Positions 38,500 to 52,289 of a stretch of 64,000 bases of DNA are shown here, piece after piece (the stretch's first letter is position 1; each line of letters starts with the position of its first letter). Under the pieces are notes generated by a model. It ran no database searches. It was given only the letters and a program-made list of their open reading frames with translations, and had not been told where the DNA came from. Source of the DNA: Macrostomum lignano (lineage: Eukaryota); assembly GCA_002269645.1 (NCBI GenBank), contig NIVC01001256.1, positions 248,001-312,000 on the forward strand, in the 5' to 3' direction. The position numbers and the translations under genes are program-made.

Positions 38500-38990
38500 T
38501 GTGGTGGTTGTACGTGGGGGTTGTTCGTGGAGGTTGTTCGTGGGGGCTGTTTGTAGGGGCTGTTGGAGGGGGTTGTTAGTGTGGGGCTGTTGTTAGGGGT
38601 TGTTAGTGGGGGATGTTGGTGGAGGCTGTTTGTGTGGCGCTGTTGGTAGGGGCTGTTGGAGGGGTTGTTAGTGGGGGCCTGTTGGTAGGGGGCTGTTGGA
38701 GGGGGTTGTTAGTGGGGCTGTTGGAGGGGGGCTATTGGAGGTGGTTGTTAGTGGGTGTTAGTGGGGGGCTGTTGGAGGGGGTTGTTAGTGGGGCCTGTTG
38801 GTAGGGGGCTGTTGGAGGGGGTTGTAAGTGGGGGCTGTTGGAGAACTTGGAAGGGGTTGTTAGTGGGGGCCTGTTGTTGGGGGCTGTTGGTAGGGGGCTG
38901 TTGGAGGGGGTTGCTAGTGGGGGGCTGTTGGTAGGGGTTGTTGGAGGGGGTTGTTAGTGGGCGGCTGTTGGGGGGGGGGGGGCTGTTGGC
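38500..38990. repeat. degenerate G/T-rich repeat with many G-runs
   Basis: ggggctgttggagggggttgttagt-like units. Confidence 0.8.
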
Positions 38991-39409
38991 GAAGCTTTAC
39001 TCTTTATCACCAATAATTCGACATATGTACGACTCGTAATTAAAAAACTCGAGAACACGAGCAAATCGCTTAATTGTAGCAGCGAAATAATTTTATGCAC
39101 TGAGCAAATTCATCAGCATTAGAAGCTGCTCAATCAGGCCCCTGAACTTTTGTTGAACCCCTGAAGTCGAGTGGCATTTACTACTTATTTTAGTAGTATC
39201 TGTAGCTTTAGAATGTTTATTAAATAGCGCAGTAGATGGAACGAATATTTTTCAGAGCAACAACACATTGAGTCACGTGACTTTTTAACTGTCGATTCGC
39301 AATAGTAGTTAAAGAGGACAATAAAAATATCGAATCGATACAACATAGAGGTGAGTTTGCATGTCCACTCATTGTACAATTTCCGCGCGAGTGCAAAGAA
39401 TCGTGCAAG

Positions 39410-40551
39410 TCAAACGTCCGTAGAGTTGACGGCCCGTTCCGGCTCGGACTTGATGGAGCTGCCCAGACTCGCCAGTCGGGTCGGCCGATCGGCCGCCAAG
39501 TCGCTCCCGGCACCGTTGCTCACAGCCGACTCGCTGAACTGCCGGATTAGCGGCGCTTTTGATCTGTGCTCTTCCTGCCGCTCCGCCTGCTGCTCCTCCT
39601 GCCGCTCCGCCTGCCGCTCCGCCTGCTGCTCCGCCTGCTGCTCCGCCTGCTGCTCCGCCTGCTGCTCCTCCTGCCGCTCCGCCTGCTGCTCCGCCTGCTG
39701 CTCCTCCTGCCGCTCCGCCTGCTGCTCCGCCTGCTGCTCCGCCTGCTGCTCCGCCTGCTGCTCCGCCTGCTGCTCCGCCTGCTGCTCTGCCTGCTGCTCC
39801 GCCCGCTGCCTCTTAGCATATTTATTTGGCTCCTTTGTCGAGGACGCCAGCCGACCAGACGAGATGACGCTGACGGTGGCAGCTGTGGCGGCAGTGACGG
39901 CAGTAGCGGCGGCGGCATCCTTCCCGTTGACGCCGACAGTTGTTGGGTTGAACGCGGTGGCGGCAGCGGAGGCCGGATGCAGCAGGTGCTGGCTGGCTGC
40001 GGCAGACGGCAGCACCTGCAGGTTGACTCCACCAGCAGAAGTCACTGCGTAGGTTGGCAGACGGCGCAGGCTGATGGCGTCCAGAGTCTGCTGCTGCTGC
40101 TGCGGGTGCCAGCGGAGCCAGTGCAGCGGCCGCAGCCCGCACCGGTCGCCATTGGGCGGCTCTTCGGATTCTTCAACTGCCGTCGTCGTTGCCACCGCGC
40201 TCGCCTGCTCGTCGATGGCCTCGAGGGCGCGCTCCTCGGCGAAGCGGCGCTGCAGGCAGGCGAGTCGTGCTTGGCGCTCCTCCAGGCAGATGGACATCCG
40301 AGAGCCTCGCGCGTACTCCCTGTAGATCACAGTGCCGCTGGACTCAGCGCACACCTGCACTTTGTCCAGATTCTTCGGACGCAGGTGCCGGGCTCTGTCG
40401 GATCGGCTGCCGCGCGACAGGCGCAGGCTGCCCAGCTTGTGCAGGAAGACGGCCACCGCGGCGGCCCAGGCGCCCAGCACCAGCAGGAAGATGAGCGCGT
40501 CGGACACCGTCCAGCGGGGCGGGGAGTACTTGGCCGGAGCGGCGGTCGGGG
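39410..40551 (-). CDS. FNDC4/5: terminal exon of FNDC4/FNDC5-like protein: juxtamembrane, TM helix and long cytoplasmic tail
   Basis: caaccacag|CC CCG acceptor (phase 1). TM SDALIFLLVLGAWAAAVAVFLHKLG parallels FNDC5 GEVLIIVVVLFMWAGVIALFCRQ (recalled). Followed by RPKNLDKVQV...VIYREY, then a low-complexity tail ending at the stop at 39410. Confidence 0.8.
39578..39812 (-). repeat. coding 12-nt repeat encoding (EQQA/ERQA/ERQE)n in the FNDC-like tail
   Basis: In frame within the 39410-40551 exon, ~19 units. Confidence 0.85.
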
Positions 40552-41691
40552 CTGTGGTTGTAAATATGATTTTTTATGCATGTTTAAATATGTTGAAACT
40601 TCAGTTTTTATCATTTAGCGAAAATTCTATCAAAAACACTTTAAAGCTACTATCAGTAGTCTGCTTTGAATGAGTGGGTGAGCGGGTAAAACGGGGATCA
40701 GTTATTGAGCAACGCAGGCACACGAAATTCCCGAACACAGGCTAAATTTCTGTTGCGCACCTTCCCAAGCAAGAATCAAGCCGCCAGCCCTCCGGACCGT
40801 CGAGATATTCAACGATTCTGCCATAAGCGCTAGCGTATTCAATGCACCCTGTATTCTAAATTTCATCAGCACGTTGACCACGTGTCGGCATCAGATCTGA
40901 CTTCGTTGGTCACCGGCCTTCACCCAGGCGGAGCTTCTGGACCTTCAACAGATGGCACCAGGTGACTATGGACACCCTATTGCATTCCGCCACCCCCTTG
41001 GTGTACTGCTAATGATTGCGCAATCCAGCTGCTGCAGCCTCTGAGCACGGATTTAGCTTCCCTCGCTTACCGAACCACCTGATCTCAGCTCGTAATGGAC
41101 AATCTCTAATGGACTCATAAAGCTACTCTCCTTTCTTCCTGGGATTAATTTTTTTCCAGGCTGGCAGTCACAATCCGGCCACGCCCAAAAGCTTCAGCCA
41201 CGCCCATTGGGCCGGCCATTTATAGGCCTGTCCGAGCCTGTCCGGTGTCTGGCCGGTTTCCCATCTCATTATTTTTCTCTCTATGCCTCCAGGCAGCCCG
41301 GGCCGGCTGGGAGGTTGGGGCTGAACGCCATGCGAACCGGATTTACACGCGCGGGCTCTTGCCGGCAGAGGAAATTAACTGATGTTTTCTACTTTAATCC
41401 AGTCAAAAAGCTGAGTAGCAATATGAGCTGATTGACTATTCATGCGAGCCCAGATCCCAGTCTCCCCGGCCTAACTGCCATCGAGCAGCTCGGATGAGGC
41501 CTGTCGCCTCCCCCCCCCAGCCTCCGCAGTGGGAAGCCGATGAAGCCCAACAGATGTCGGTCGACAGTCGGCATGCAACTCAAAGGATCGATTTCCGCCT
41601 TCTTCTCTGCATTTTTTACACCTCCATTGCTTCTTGGGCCAAAATTGTTGCTTTTTGCCTCGCTATTGCCGGTGCCTCTGATGACTGTGCT

Positions 41692-43146
41692 CACTGCCAT
41701 CTGTCTCCACTGCCATCTGTCTCCACTGCCATCTGTCTCCACTGCCATCTGTCTCCACTGCCATCTGTCTCCACTGCCATCTGTCTCCACTGCCATCTGT
41801 CTCCACTGCCATCTGTCTCCACTGCCATCTGTCTCCACTGCCATCTGTCTCCACTGCCATCTGTCTCCACTGCCATCTGTCTCCACTGCCATCTGTCTCC
41901 ACTGCCATCTGTCTCCACTGCCATCTGTCTCCACTGCCATCTGTCTCCACTGCCATCTGTCTCCACTGCCATCTGTCTCCACTGCCATCTGTCTCCACTG
42001 CCATCTGTCTCCACTGCCATCTGTCTCCACTGCCATCTGTCTCCACTGCCATCTGTCTCCACTGCCATCTGTCTCCACTGCCATCTGTCTCCACTGCCAT
42101 CTGTCTCCACTGCCATCTGTCTCCACTGCCATCTGTCTCCACTGCCATCTGTCTCCACTGCCATCTGTCTCCACTGCCATCTGTCTCCACTGCCATCTGT
42201 CTCCACTGCCATCTGTCTCCACTGCCATCTGTCTCCACTGCCATCTGTCTCCACTGCCATCTGTCTCCACTGCCATCTGTCTCCACTGCCATCTGTCTCC
42301 ACTGCCATCTGTCTCCACTGCCATCTGTCTCCACTGCCATCTGTCTCCACTGCCATCTGTCTCCACTGCCATCTGTCTCCACTGCCATCTGTCTCCACTG
42401 CCATCTGTCTCCACTGCCATCTGTCTCCACTGCCATCTGTCTCCACTGCCATCTGTCTCCACTGCCATCTGTCTCCACTGCCATCTGTCTCCACTGCCAT
42501 CTGTCTCCACTGCCATCTGTCTCCACTGCCATCTGTCTCCACTGCCATCTGTCTCCACTGCCATCTGTCTCCACTGCCATCTGTCTCCACTGCCATCTGT
42601 CTCCACTGCCATCTGTCTCCACTGCCATCTGTCTCCACTGCCATCTGTCTCCACTGCCATCTGTCTCCACTGCCATCTGTCTCCACTGCCATCTGTCTCC
42701 ACTGCCATCTGTCTCCACTGCCATCTGTCTCCACTGCCATCTGTCTCCACTGCCATCTGTCTCCACTGCCATCTGTCTCCACTGCCATCTGTCTCCACTG
42801 CCATCTGTCTCCACTGCCATCTGTCTCCACTGCCATCTGTCTCCACTGCCATCTGTCTCCACTGCCATCTGTCTCCACTGCCATCTGTCTCCACTGCCAT
42901 CTGTCTCCACTGCCATCTGTCTCCACTGCCATCTGTCTCCACTGCCATCTGTCTCCACTGCCATCTGTCTCCACTGCCATCTGTCTCCACTGCCATCTGT
43001 CTCCACTGCCATCTGTCTCCACTGCCATCTGTCTCCACTGCCATCTGTCTCCACTGCCATCTGTCTCCACTGCCATCTGTCTCCACTGCCATCTGTCTCC
43101 ACTGCCATCTGTCTCCACTGCCATCTGTCTCCACTGCCATCTGTCT
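41692..43146. repeat. perfect 16-bp minisatellite (ctgtctccactgccat), ~91 copies, intronic
   Basis: No variant unit seen over ~1455 bp. It starts 33 nt from the donor at 43179 and produces five spurious 480-650-aa ORFs. Confidence 0.98.
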
Positions 43147-43179
43147 ATCGCCAGCCCCCAAAAGTGCATTTGTGCTCAC

Positions 43180-43632
43180 TGGAGTTCGCACCGGTCAGGT
43201 TTGCCTTGGCCGCCATGTCCTCAGCAGCGACAGCGGCGCTGAGATTCCAGACGCTGAAGACCAGCGACTCCGGCCAGCGGCAGAAGAGGCCCGACGGCTC
43301 CTGAAGCACAGAGACGGAGGCCCGGTAGACCACTTCCGGTCGGAGGTGGTCCACGCGGTGCCCGCTGGCCGAGCAGCTGAGATGCCAGACGCCGCGGAAG
43401 CTGAGGCGGCCAGCCGGCGGCCCAGTCGAATCGAACAGTCGCAGCTCGAGCTCGCGGCAGAAGCGCCGCGCTGGCGGAGGCAGCGGCTGCCACTGGAGTA
43501 ACGCGGCGGATCCCGGGGCTGGCGCGGCCCGGACTCGAAGCTTCAGCCGGTGCCGGCAAGTCTGGGACGGGACAGCGAACTCAGGCTCAGGCTTGGCCTC
43601 CGCTGCCGTGTCTGCAGCTGCTAGCGGCACAA
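43180..43632 (-). CDS. FNDC4/5: FN3-domain exon of FNDC4/FNDC5-like protein
   Basis: cctggcag|TT GTG ... TCC A|gtgagc, 453 nt, phase 1 to phase 1 (alternative donor after 43192). FN3 hallmarks AALLQW and DHLRPEVVYRASV. Post-FN3 PESLVFS...AEDMAAKAN resembles FNDC5 SEPVLFKT...AEKMASKN. Sequons NLS and NLT. Confidence 0.8.
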
Positions 43633-44744
43633 CTGCCAGGGGTGATGAAGATAACGGAGGGGATGGGGGAAGCTGCAGAGAAGCTCTGTGTGAGTCTCAT
43701 TGGTCAGGCGTTGACTGGCTCTCTGACTAGTTCAGCTGATGAAGCTGAGAATCTGAGAAGCAGATTTAAATAGAATAATTTAGAGCTGAAAATGCTACAG
43801 TAAAGAAATTGATAACTACATTTGAGTTCCTTTGTAAACTTCACTAATGATTTACATTTCATTACTTTTGGATAAAATAATTAGTTTGAATTTTTTCAGG
43901 TACAAGTCAGAAAAGCATCGCGAGCTGAAAGCAAAAGGAAGCAGACCCAGGCGTACATTGCTGTGAGATATCAGGGTCAGTACACATCAGCCAGACTGAT
44001 TCGCGCAACCGCTATTGTCTACTGTTAGTAAACTATACGGAAAAAGAAATGCTAGAAATACTTTGAAATTTGCAACGACTGCTGCGAGTATGCCACTAAC
44101 TAGGCCTAAATTAATCAATCAATATACTCATTCATCAGTTCACTCAAAGACTCAGATATTACCTTATGACTTCACTCATATCCTCACTCATGAACTCGCT
44201 CATAAACTCACTTATGAACTCACCCATGAACTCACCCGAAGTGCTGTAATCTTGTACCTATAAAATATTTTTATACAGCATTAAAAAGTTTATCAACAGT
44301 TCAACATCCGGTTGCTCTGCCCCCTATGCGTCGCATTCTCTCCTCCCGTATTATGACCGGGAATCAATCTGACTGTGAGCTGAGTGCCTGAGTACCCCCC
44401 CCCCTCTGAATTGCGGGGCGCGAGCCGACTGCTTCTATTGATTGCAGCCCGGACCGGGAGCTGAGTGAGCTGAGTAGTGTGGGATTTGGGAAGCAACGAG
44501 AGGCAGAACTGAGATGAGGGATTGGAGATTGCGGATGCTGAATGCCTGCGGATGCAGATGATGCACAAAGACAAATCTCGCTACTCAAGCAGTGTTTTGT
44601 GCGTTTCGGCGGCTTCTCACAATTCAGTTCCGCCTGAATCCCGTGCTGGCTTGCCCTGAGGCGGATTTGCCTTCCCTTCACCTTAGTTCACGGCTTCATC
44701 AGCTGCCATGCTGGGGCACCGCGATGGAGCTTCTGACAGTGTGG

Positions 44745-45560
44745 CTGTGCTTGTGTGTCTGTGTCTGTGTGTCTGTGTTTGTGTGTTTGTGTTTGTGTGT
44801 CTGTGTTTGTGTGTCTGTGTTTGTGTGTCTGTGTTTGTGTGGCTGTGTTTGTGTGTCTGTGTTTGTGTGTCTGTGTTTGTGTGGCTGTGTCTGTGTGTCT
44901 GTGTGTCTGTGTCTGTGTGTCTGTGCTTGTGTGTCTGTGTCTGTGTGTCTGTGTTTGTGTGTCAGTGTGTGTGTGTCTGTGTGTCTGTGTCTGTGTGTCT
45001 GTGTGTCTGTGTTTGTGTGTCTGTGTTTGTGTGTCTGTGTCTGTGTGTCTGTGTCTGTGTGTCTGTGCTTGTGTGTCTGTGTTTGTGTGTCTGTGTCTGT
45101 GTGTCTGTGTCTGTGTGCTGTGTGTTTGTGTGTCTGTATGTCTGCGACTGTGTAACTGTGTGGCTGTGACTGTGTAACTGTGTGACTGTGACTGTGTAAC
45201 TGTGTGACTGTGACTGTGTAACTGTGTGACTGTGTGTCTGTGTGCCTGTGTGTTTGTGTGACTGTGTGTTTGGTCTGTGTCTGTGTGTCTGTGTCTGTGT
45301 GCTGTGTGTTTGTGTGTCTGTATGTCTGCGACTGTGTAACTGTGTGGCTGTGACTGTGTAACTGTATGACTGTGTGTCTGTGTGCCTGTGTGTTTGTGTG
45401 ACTGTGTGTTTGTGTCTGTGTGCCTGTGCAATTTTGTGCCTGTGCAATTTTGTGCCTGTGTGTCTGTGTGCCTGTGTGTCTGTGTGCCTGTGTGTCTGTG
45501 TGCCTGTGTGTCTGTGTGCCTGTGTGTCTGTGTGCCTGTGTGTCTGTGTGCCTGTGTGTA
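44745..45560. repeat. composite TG-rich micro/minisatellite (tgtgtctg, tgtgactg, tgtgcctg blocks), intronic
   Basis: Successive blocks with changing units in intron 1 of the FNDC-like gene. Confidence 0.93.
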
Positions 45561-45693
45561 TACGTGTCTTTGTTTTTGTCTTTATGGCTGTCTCATCGCA
45601 GGTCTTCTATCACCTTTTTTACGCTCAGAAAATGCGTGTGAAGGAAGTCATTTATCACTGAATTTTGGTTGGTATGCACAACAAGCAACTCAC

Positions 45694-45736
45694 CAAGCAG
45701 AGCCAGGCAGCCGATGGGTAGCCAGATGCTCGGCAT
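45694..45736 (-). CDS. FNDC4/5: first coding exon (signal peptide) of FNDC4/FNDC5-like protein
   Basis: ATG CCG AGC...CTT G|gtgagt. Splicing to 43632 gives MPSIWLPIGCLALLVVPLAAA-DTAAE, a textbook signal peptide. An in-frame upstream ATG at 45781 is an alternative start. Confidence 0.72.
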
Positions 45737-46182
45737 CCCCGTCAGCGGACTCTGTCGATAGTGCTCTGGAGCCTGTCCCATCGGAGTTGACTCAATCTTG
45801 TGAGGATGGCCTGCGGACCGCTAGGCAGTTGTTTGCTCAGTGCAATTTCAAATTCTGACTTACAGGTGGGGACGCGGATGCTGAGCCAGCAAATGACAGC
45901 CGGGCGAGAGTGGGCGGCCGCGCCGGAGCAGGGAGTGAGGAGTGGGAGGCGGCCGGCCACACTGAGTGGGGGCTCAAAGTCCATCTTTGAAAGCACAGCA
46001 GCAGGCAAGCCAGCCACGGTTAAAGTGGGTGTGAAGGGGAAGCAGAGAGCTGGCAAAGAATAGAGAAATAGAGAACAGGAAGTCCGGCACACGGGAATAA
46101 TTTACTAATAGATTGCTGCATCAATTTCCCTGACAACTCAGCTTTCAGCTTTCACACCAGGCACATCTTATAGTTGAAACCA

Positions 46183-48118
<1,936 letters not shown>

Positions 48119-49019
48119 GTCTGAGCATATTTACTGCCATCAAGAGCACGGACAATACCATGTATGCAATGAATTGATTCCAGCTCATATTCAAAGTTGG
48201 AGACTCAAAGACGCGTAAGCAGATCTCAGCTTCGTTAGCCTCAGCTTCGAGACAATTGAGATCAGGTTGAAAATATTGACTGCATGCCCAGTATCGTGAC
48301 TTGAATGGCTTGGAGACACGGGAGACGCAGCTTCACAAGAAAAGCCAGCCTCTGTTAGAGAGTATACAGTGGCATGGAAGCCTCTGCGCTAATGCCATAT
48401 AAAACTGCCTTTTGTGCTTGTAGCTCGTAAGCTGTTTCCCCATGCAAGCCCCCTGCCTGCTTTGTGTATCATCTCTGTGCGTGCCTGAGCTGAGGAGAGG
48501 AGTGTGGGGGATGCGTCTTTCCCGCTGGGGAGTTCGGGGGGCCAACGGGATGGTGGGGAAAGCAGAGCGAGAGATGGAGGACAAGTAGAGTATCAGAAGC
48601 TGAGCAAGGAGAAGCACCTTGTTGTGTCTGTGTTTTGCCTCTGCCTCACAGCATGCAGGCTTTCATGGGATGGCTCAGCCCCGGCTCTAAATGCGAATGG
48701 GGTCTTCCGCAAGGTCCGTCTTTTCCCAGGAGACCAGCAGCCGTAGCAGCAGCTTTGTTGCTCCTCTCCCCAGCCTCTGACCTTGACGGTTGTCATATTT
48801 CTATACTTGGCTCTTTATATATTCGATTAGATGAAGATTTTCGAGTGAGCCTTCTTATCTTTCTTTCATCGCGTCTCTTTGACTTGTATACTTCACTTTG
48901 CTGCAGGGTGAAGCTGGAAGCGATCGACGTTTCTTTTTTAAAGTTGCAGAAAGGGTACAGGTTCGTATCCGGGGGTCACCCAGAAATCCTAGAAGGCCAT
49001 TTTGGGCGGTCCCTTTGGA

Positions 49020-49137
49020 CTAATTATTTGGCCTATTTAGTGAAATTATTGGCCTATTTAGTGAAATTATTGGCCTATTTAGTGAAATTATTGGATAATT
49101 CAGTAAAATTATTGGCCTATTTAGTGAAATTATTGCC
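49020..49137. repeat. 21-bp minisatellite (tatttagtgaaattattggcc), ~5 copies
   Basis: Tandem units visible. Confidence 0.88.
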
Positions 49138-49787
49138 CAATGGCCTAATTTCCTAATAGGCTGGAGTGGCATAATTTCAGAAGAAAAAAACAGAAAATTT
49201 CCTATCTCGATGGACCTTCAAATAAATTGAATTTGCCAGTTAGCTAGCCAGCCAGTCGTCCCTGTCTAGCCTCGTAAAGGCGCCGGTAGATTAGTTCTTA
49301 ATAAATCATTGTCGCTACTTAGAACAGTAGGCAGATGAGCCCGTAGGCGGCCATCTGTCGCCCTACTGTCTAATTAACCCCTGAGCTGCGGGTCAGTAAT
49401 CAGTTGACGTCAGAAAATTCGAGCAGTTAAGGTAAGAAAGCTGTGAATAAGGACTTAAACCAGGGCGGGATAAAGTGAATTTGGGGATTGTTTTGAAGAT
49501 TAGAAAAACAAAACGCGAACTCGATGACCAGTTTCTAATTATTGCTTGCTTGTGTTGTCTCGCTCCTGCCCTAGAAGTGTCCTTAAAATCAGGTGTTTAG
49601 TGATGTTGATGGCCCTTTGCGCGAGCGTCAGCTTTTCTAATTTTAGACTAAACACTTGCAAATTGCTTTTGCAGGTGTTTCACATAGTCGAGCGATAGGC
49701 TGTAATTATTCCCTTCAGAATTTGAATGCAATGTGTTTGGGAAGTCAGGATCTGTGAGTTTTTTTATTTGCAAACGGGTTAAGTGTA

Positions 49788-50308
49788 GAGTGACTGAGCC
49801 AGTGTACATTGAGGCCAGACGGAGTGTAGAGGGGCTGAGCCAGTGTACATTGAGGCCAGACGGAGTGTAGAGTGACTGAGCCAGTGTACATTGAGGCCAG
49901 ACGGAGTGTAGAGTGACTGAGCCAGTGTTCATTGAGGCCAGACGGAGTGCAGAGTGACTGAGCCAGTGTACATTGAGGCCAGACGGATTGTAGAGGGGCT
50001 GAGCCAGTGTACATTGAGGCCAGACGGAGTGTAGAGTGACTGAGCCAGTGTACATTGAGGCCAGACGGAGTGCAGAGTGACTGAGCCAGTGTACATTGAG
50101 GCCAGACGGAGTGCAGAGTGACTGAGCCAGTGTACATTGAGGCCAGACGGATTGTAGAGGGGCTGAGCCAGTGTACATTGAGGCCAGACGGAATGTAGAG
50201 TGACTGAACCAGTGTACATTGAGGCCAGACGGAGTGTAGAGTGACTGAGCCAGTGTACATTGAGGCCAGACGGAGTGCAGAGTGACTGAAACAGTGTACA
50301 TTGAGGCC
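49788..50308. repeat. 41-bp minisatellite, ~12.5 copies
   Basis: Unit gagccagtgtacattgaggccagacggagtgtagagtgact. A solo partial copy ctgagccagtgtaca lies at ~50494. Confidence 0.95.
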
Positions 50309-51697
50309 CGACATCGGATGAAGCTGGTGAGGGTTGAATGCAGAATGCTCTCGGTGACTGTCTCGAGGAGCGATTCAAGCAGCCTATTCAGCTTCGTACT
50401 AACCGCGGTCAACTCTGCTTAACTTGGAAACTAAAATCTGCTAACGGCAAATGTGCTGACCCAACTGGTCTTGCAACCCGCCAGTCAGTGAGCTGAGCCA
50501 GTGTACAGTTAAAATCATTGCTTGATCGAAATTGCGTATTCAAAGTAGGGAATTTTTTCCATTAAAAAGATTAAAAAACGCTATTTTTGTATTACAAGAG
50601 CAAGCAACCATGGGCGCAGTAATTAGTTATTAAAGCTCTCCCCCGATCTGGGGACAAACAGAGAGCAAATCTTTTGCTTCACGGCTAGCCGCAGACGAAG
50701 CAGAAAGAATGCTGCAGAAACTGGTCACGGATCAAAGAAGATCTCGGTTGGGTTGCCTCATCATGCTGGGAGCTTCTGGCCCGTAGCGAGCCCTTGTTCA
50801 TGGGAAAAGCCGAGGACAAAAAAACTCAATCCGAGTGAATGAGTCCTCGCTGCTGCTTCTGCTCAAAGCCATTCAGCCTGAGTCAGAGCACAGCGGGCGA
50901 CTAGCGAACTGTGAGCAGCTCTCTATACTGATACAGCAGAGATGCTGGATGAAGCGACTGACGGAAACAATAAGCAGTTCCTGCCTGCTCCAGATTCCCC
51001 CTGACAGCGAGGCGTGTCTTTTTTCGGTGTCAGCTCGGCAGGCAGTTCATTTGGCTGAGGGAGGGGGCGGGCTTGAGCACAATGACAGAGAAAACCCAAT
51101 AAAACATGATGAAGCAAGGCTGAGCTGGATAGACCGCCTACAGTCGTTGCATGAGGTGCTGCTGTCGGCTGACTCCGGCGCCCAGGTCTTGAGGCGCGCC
51201 CTGTGACGCAAGAGATGAGGGCAGACGGTGCTTGAGATTTCGATAAGCTAAATTTCAATTTCAGACAAAAATTATAATGCAACTTTTCTTAGAAAAAGTT
51301 CGTTTGCAAAATTTGGCAAACATAATCTAAGCTTCCTAAGCCCTCATGCAGCCGCTTCATCACTCACAGCTGCATGGATGAAGCGAAGTGAAAGGTGTGA
51401 CGAAGGTGGCCTTTCTCGATCTGCTACAGCAGGATTGGGAAGGAGGAGAAAAGAGGAGGAGGCTGCGGCAGACAGATGAGGGGGAGGAGTTGGGATGGAG
51501 ATGAGGGGACCCGGCTATTATTAAGGCACAAAAATAATAATTAAGCAGCGATCAGCTCTGTCGGGGATTGGGCGAATCCCAGTGGAGTGAGATGGCGGAG
51601 AGGGAGGCTGAGCGGGCTATGAGGGCGATGGGTGCGCTGCCTCAATGTAGAATAAAAACAGCCGGAGACACAGAAAAGCTGGGCCGGTTTTTCTAAG

Positions 51698-51764
51698 ATT
51701 CGCGCAGAGCGGCAGTTACGGCAGCAGCTTGAAGAGCTTCGCTTGGTTGTGACCGGCAATATGG
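51698..51764 (+). CDS. candidate upstream exon of the GPCR (IRAERQLRQQLEELRLVVTGNM; ATG at 51761 may be the start)
   Basis: tttttctaag| ... ATG G|gtgagc. An 80-nt intron to ctcattcttgcag|CC joins in frame (MASAAQKQFLHTQEVIDLL...). Confidence 0.45.
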
Positions 51765-51844
51765 GTGAGCTTGTGACTGATTCGACTGCTTTGAATACGA
51801 ATGGAGCTGAAAGCAAATTAATCACAGTTCTCTCATTCTTGCAG

Positions 51845-52165
51845 CCTCTGCTGCACAGAAGCAATTCCTGCATACACAGGAGGTGATCGACCTGCTGAAC
51901 CGGCGACCGCTGGGCCCGCTAGAGTACATCCTGTTCGCGGCCTACGGGGTGGCCATGCTGTGGTCGCTGGGCGCCAACGGCCTCTTCATCGCTATGGGCC
52001 TGCGGTACAAGCAGCTGAGGCAGCGCCTGCCAAAGCTGATGGTCAGCCTCGCGGCGTCCAACCTGCTGGTCACTCTGGTCTGCATGCCGGCCGCCGTCTG
52101 CTACCTCGTCTACCACACCTGGCCTCTGGGCAAGGTCGGCTGCAAGCTGATGCACTTTACTGAAG
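51845..52165 (+). CDS. class A GPCR exon: TM1, TM2, ECL1 and start of TM3
   Basis: ILFAAYGVAMLWSLGANGL (TM1), LMVSLAASNLLVTLVCMP (TM2), WPLGKVGCKL (ECL1/TM3 Cys). Donor GAA G|gtgagg at 52166. Alternative acceptor at 51880. Confidence 0.88.
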
Positions 52166-52289
52166 GTGAGGCAAGTGGGGGAACCGGGAGGTTGAAACAC
52201 CGAGCTGCGCTAGAAAGAGAGATAGACGAGAGGAAAGGAGACGGAGCGAGAAAAAAGGAGGCATGGGAATAGAAGAGGGGTGAGGAGAG

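Noticed and set aside
41440-43501. Five 480-650-aa ORFs on both strands
   Set aside because: Perfect 16-bp array translated in all frames; it lies in an intron of the FNDC-like gene.
48652-48713. Possible further upstream GPCR exon (cctcacag| ... AAG|gtccgt)
   Set aside because: Phase-compatible in one frame, but the donor is weak and the peptide is uninformative.
50835-51206. 123-aa plus-strand ORF upstream of the GPCR
   Set aside because: Starts at GTG, with no recognisable domain or splice framework.
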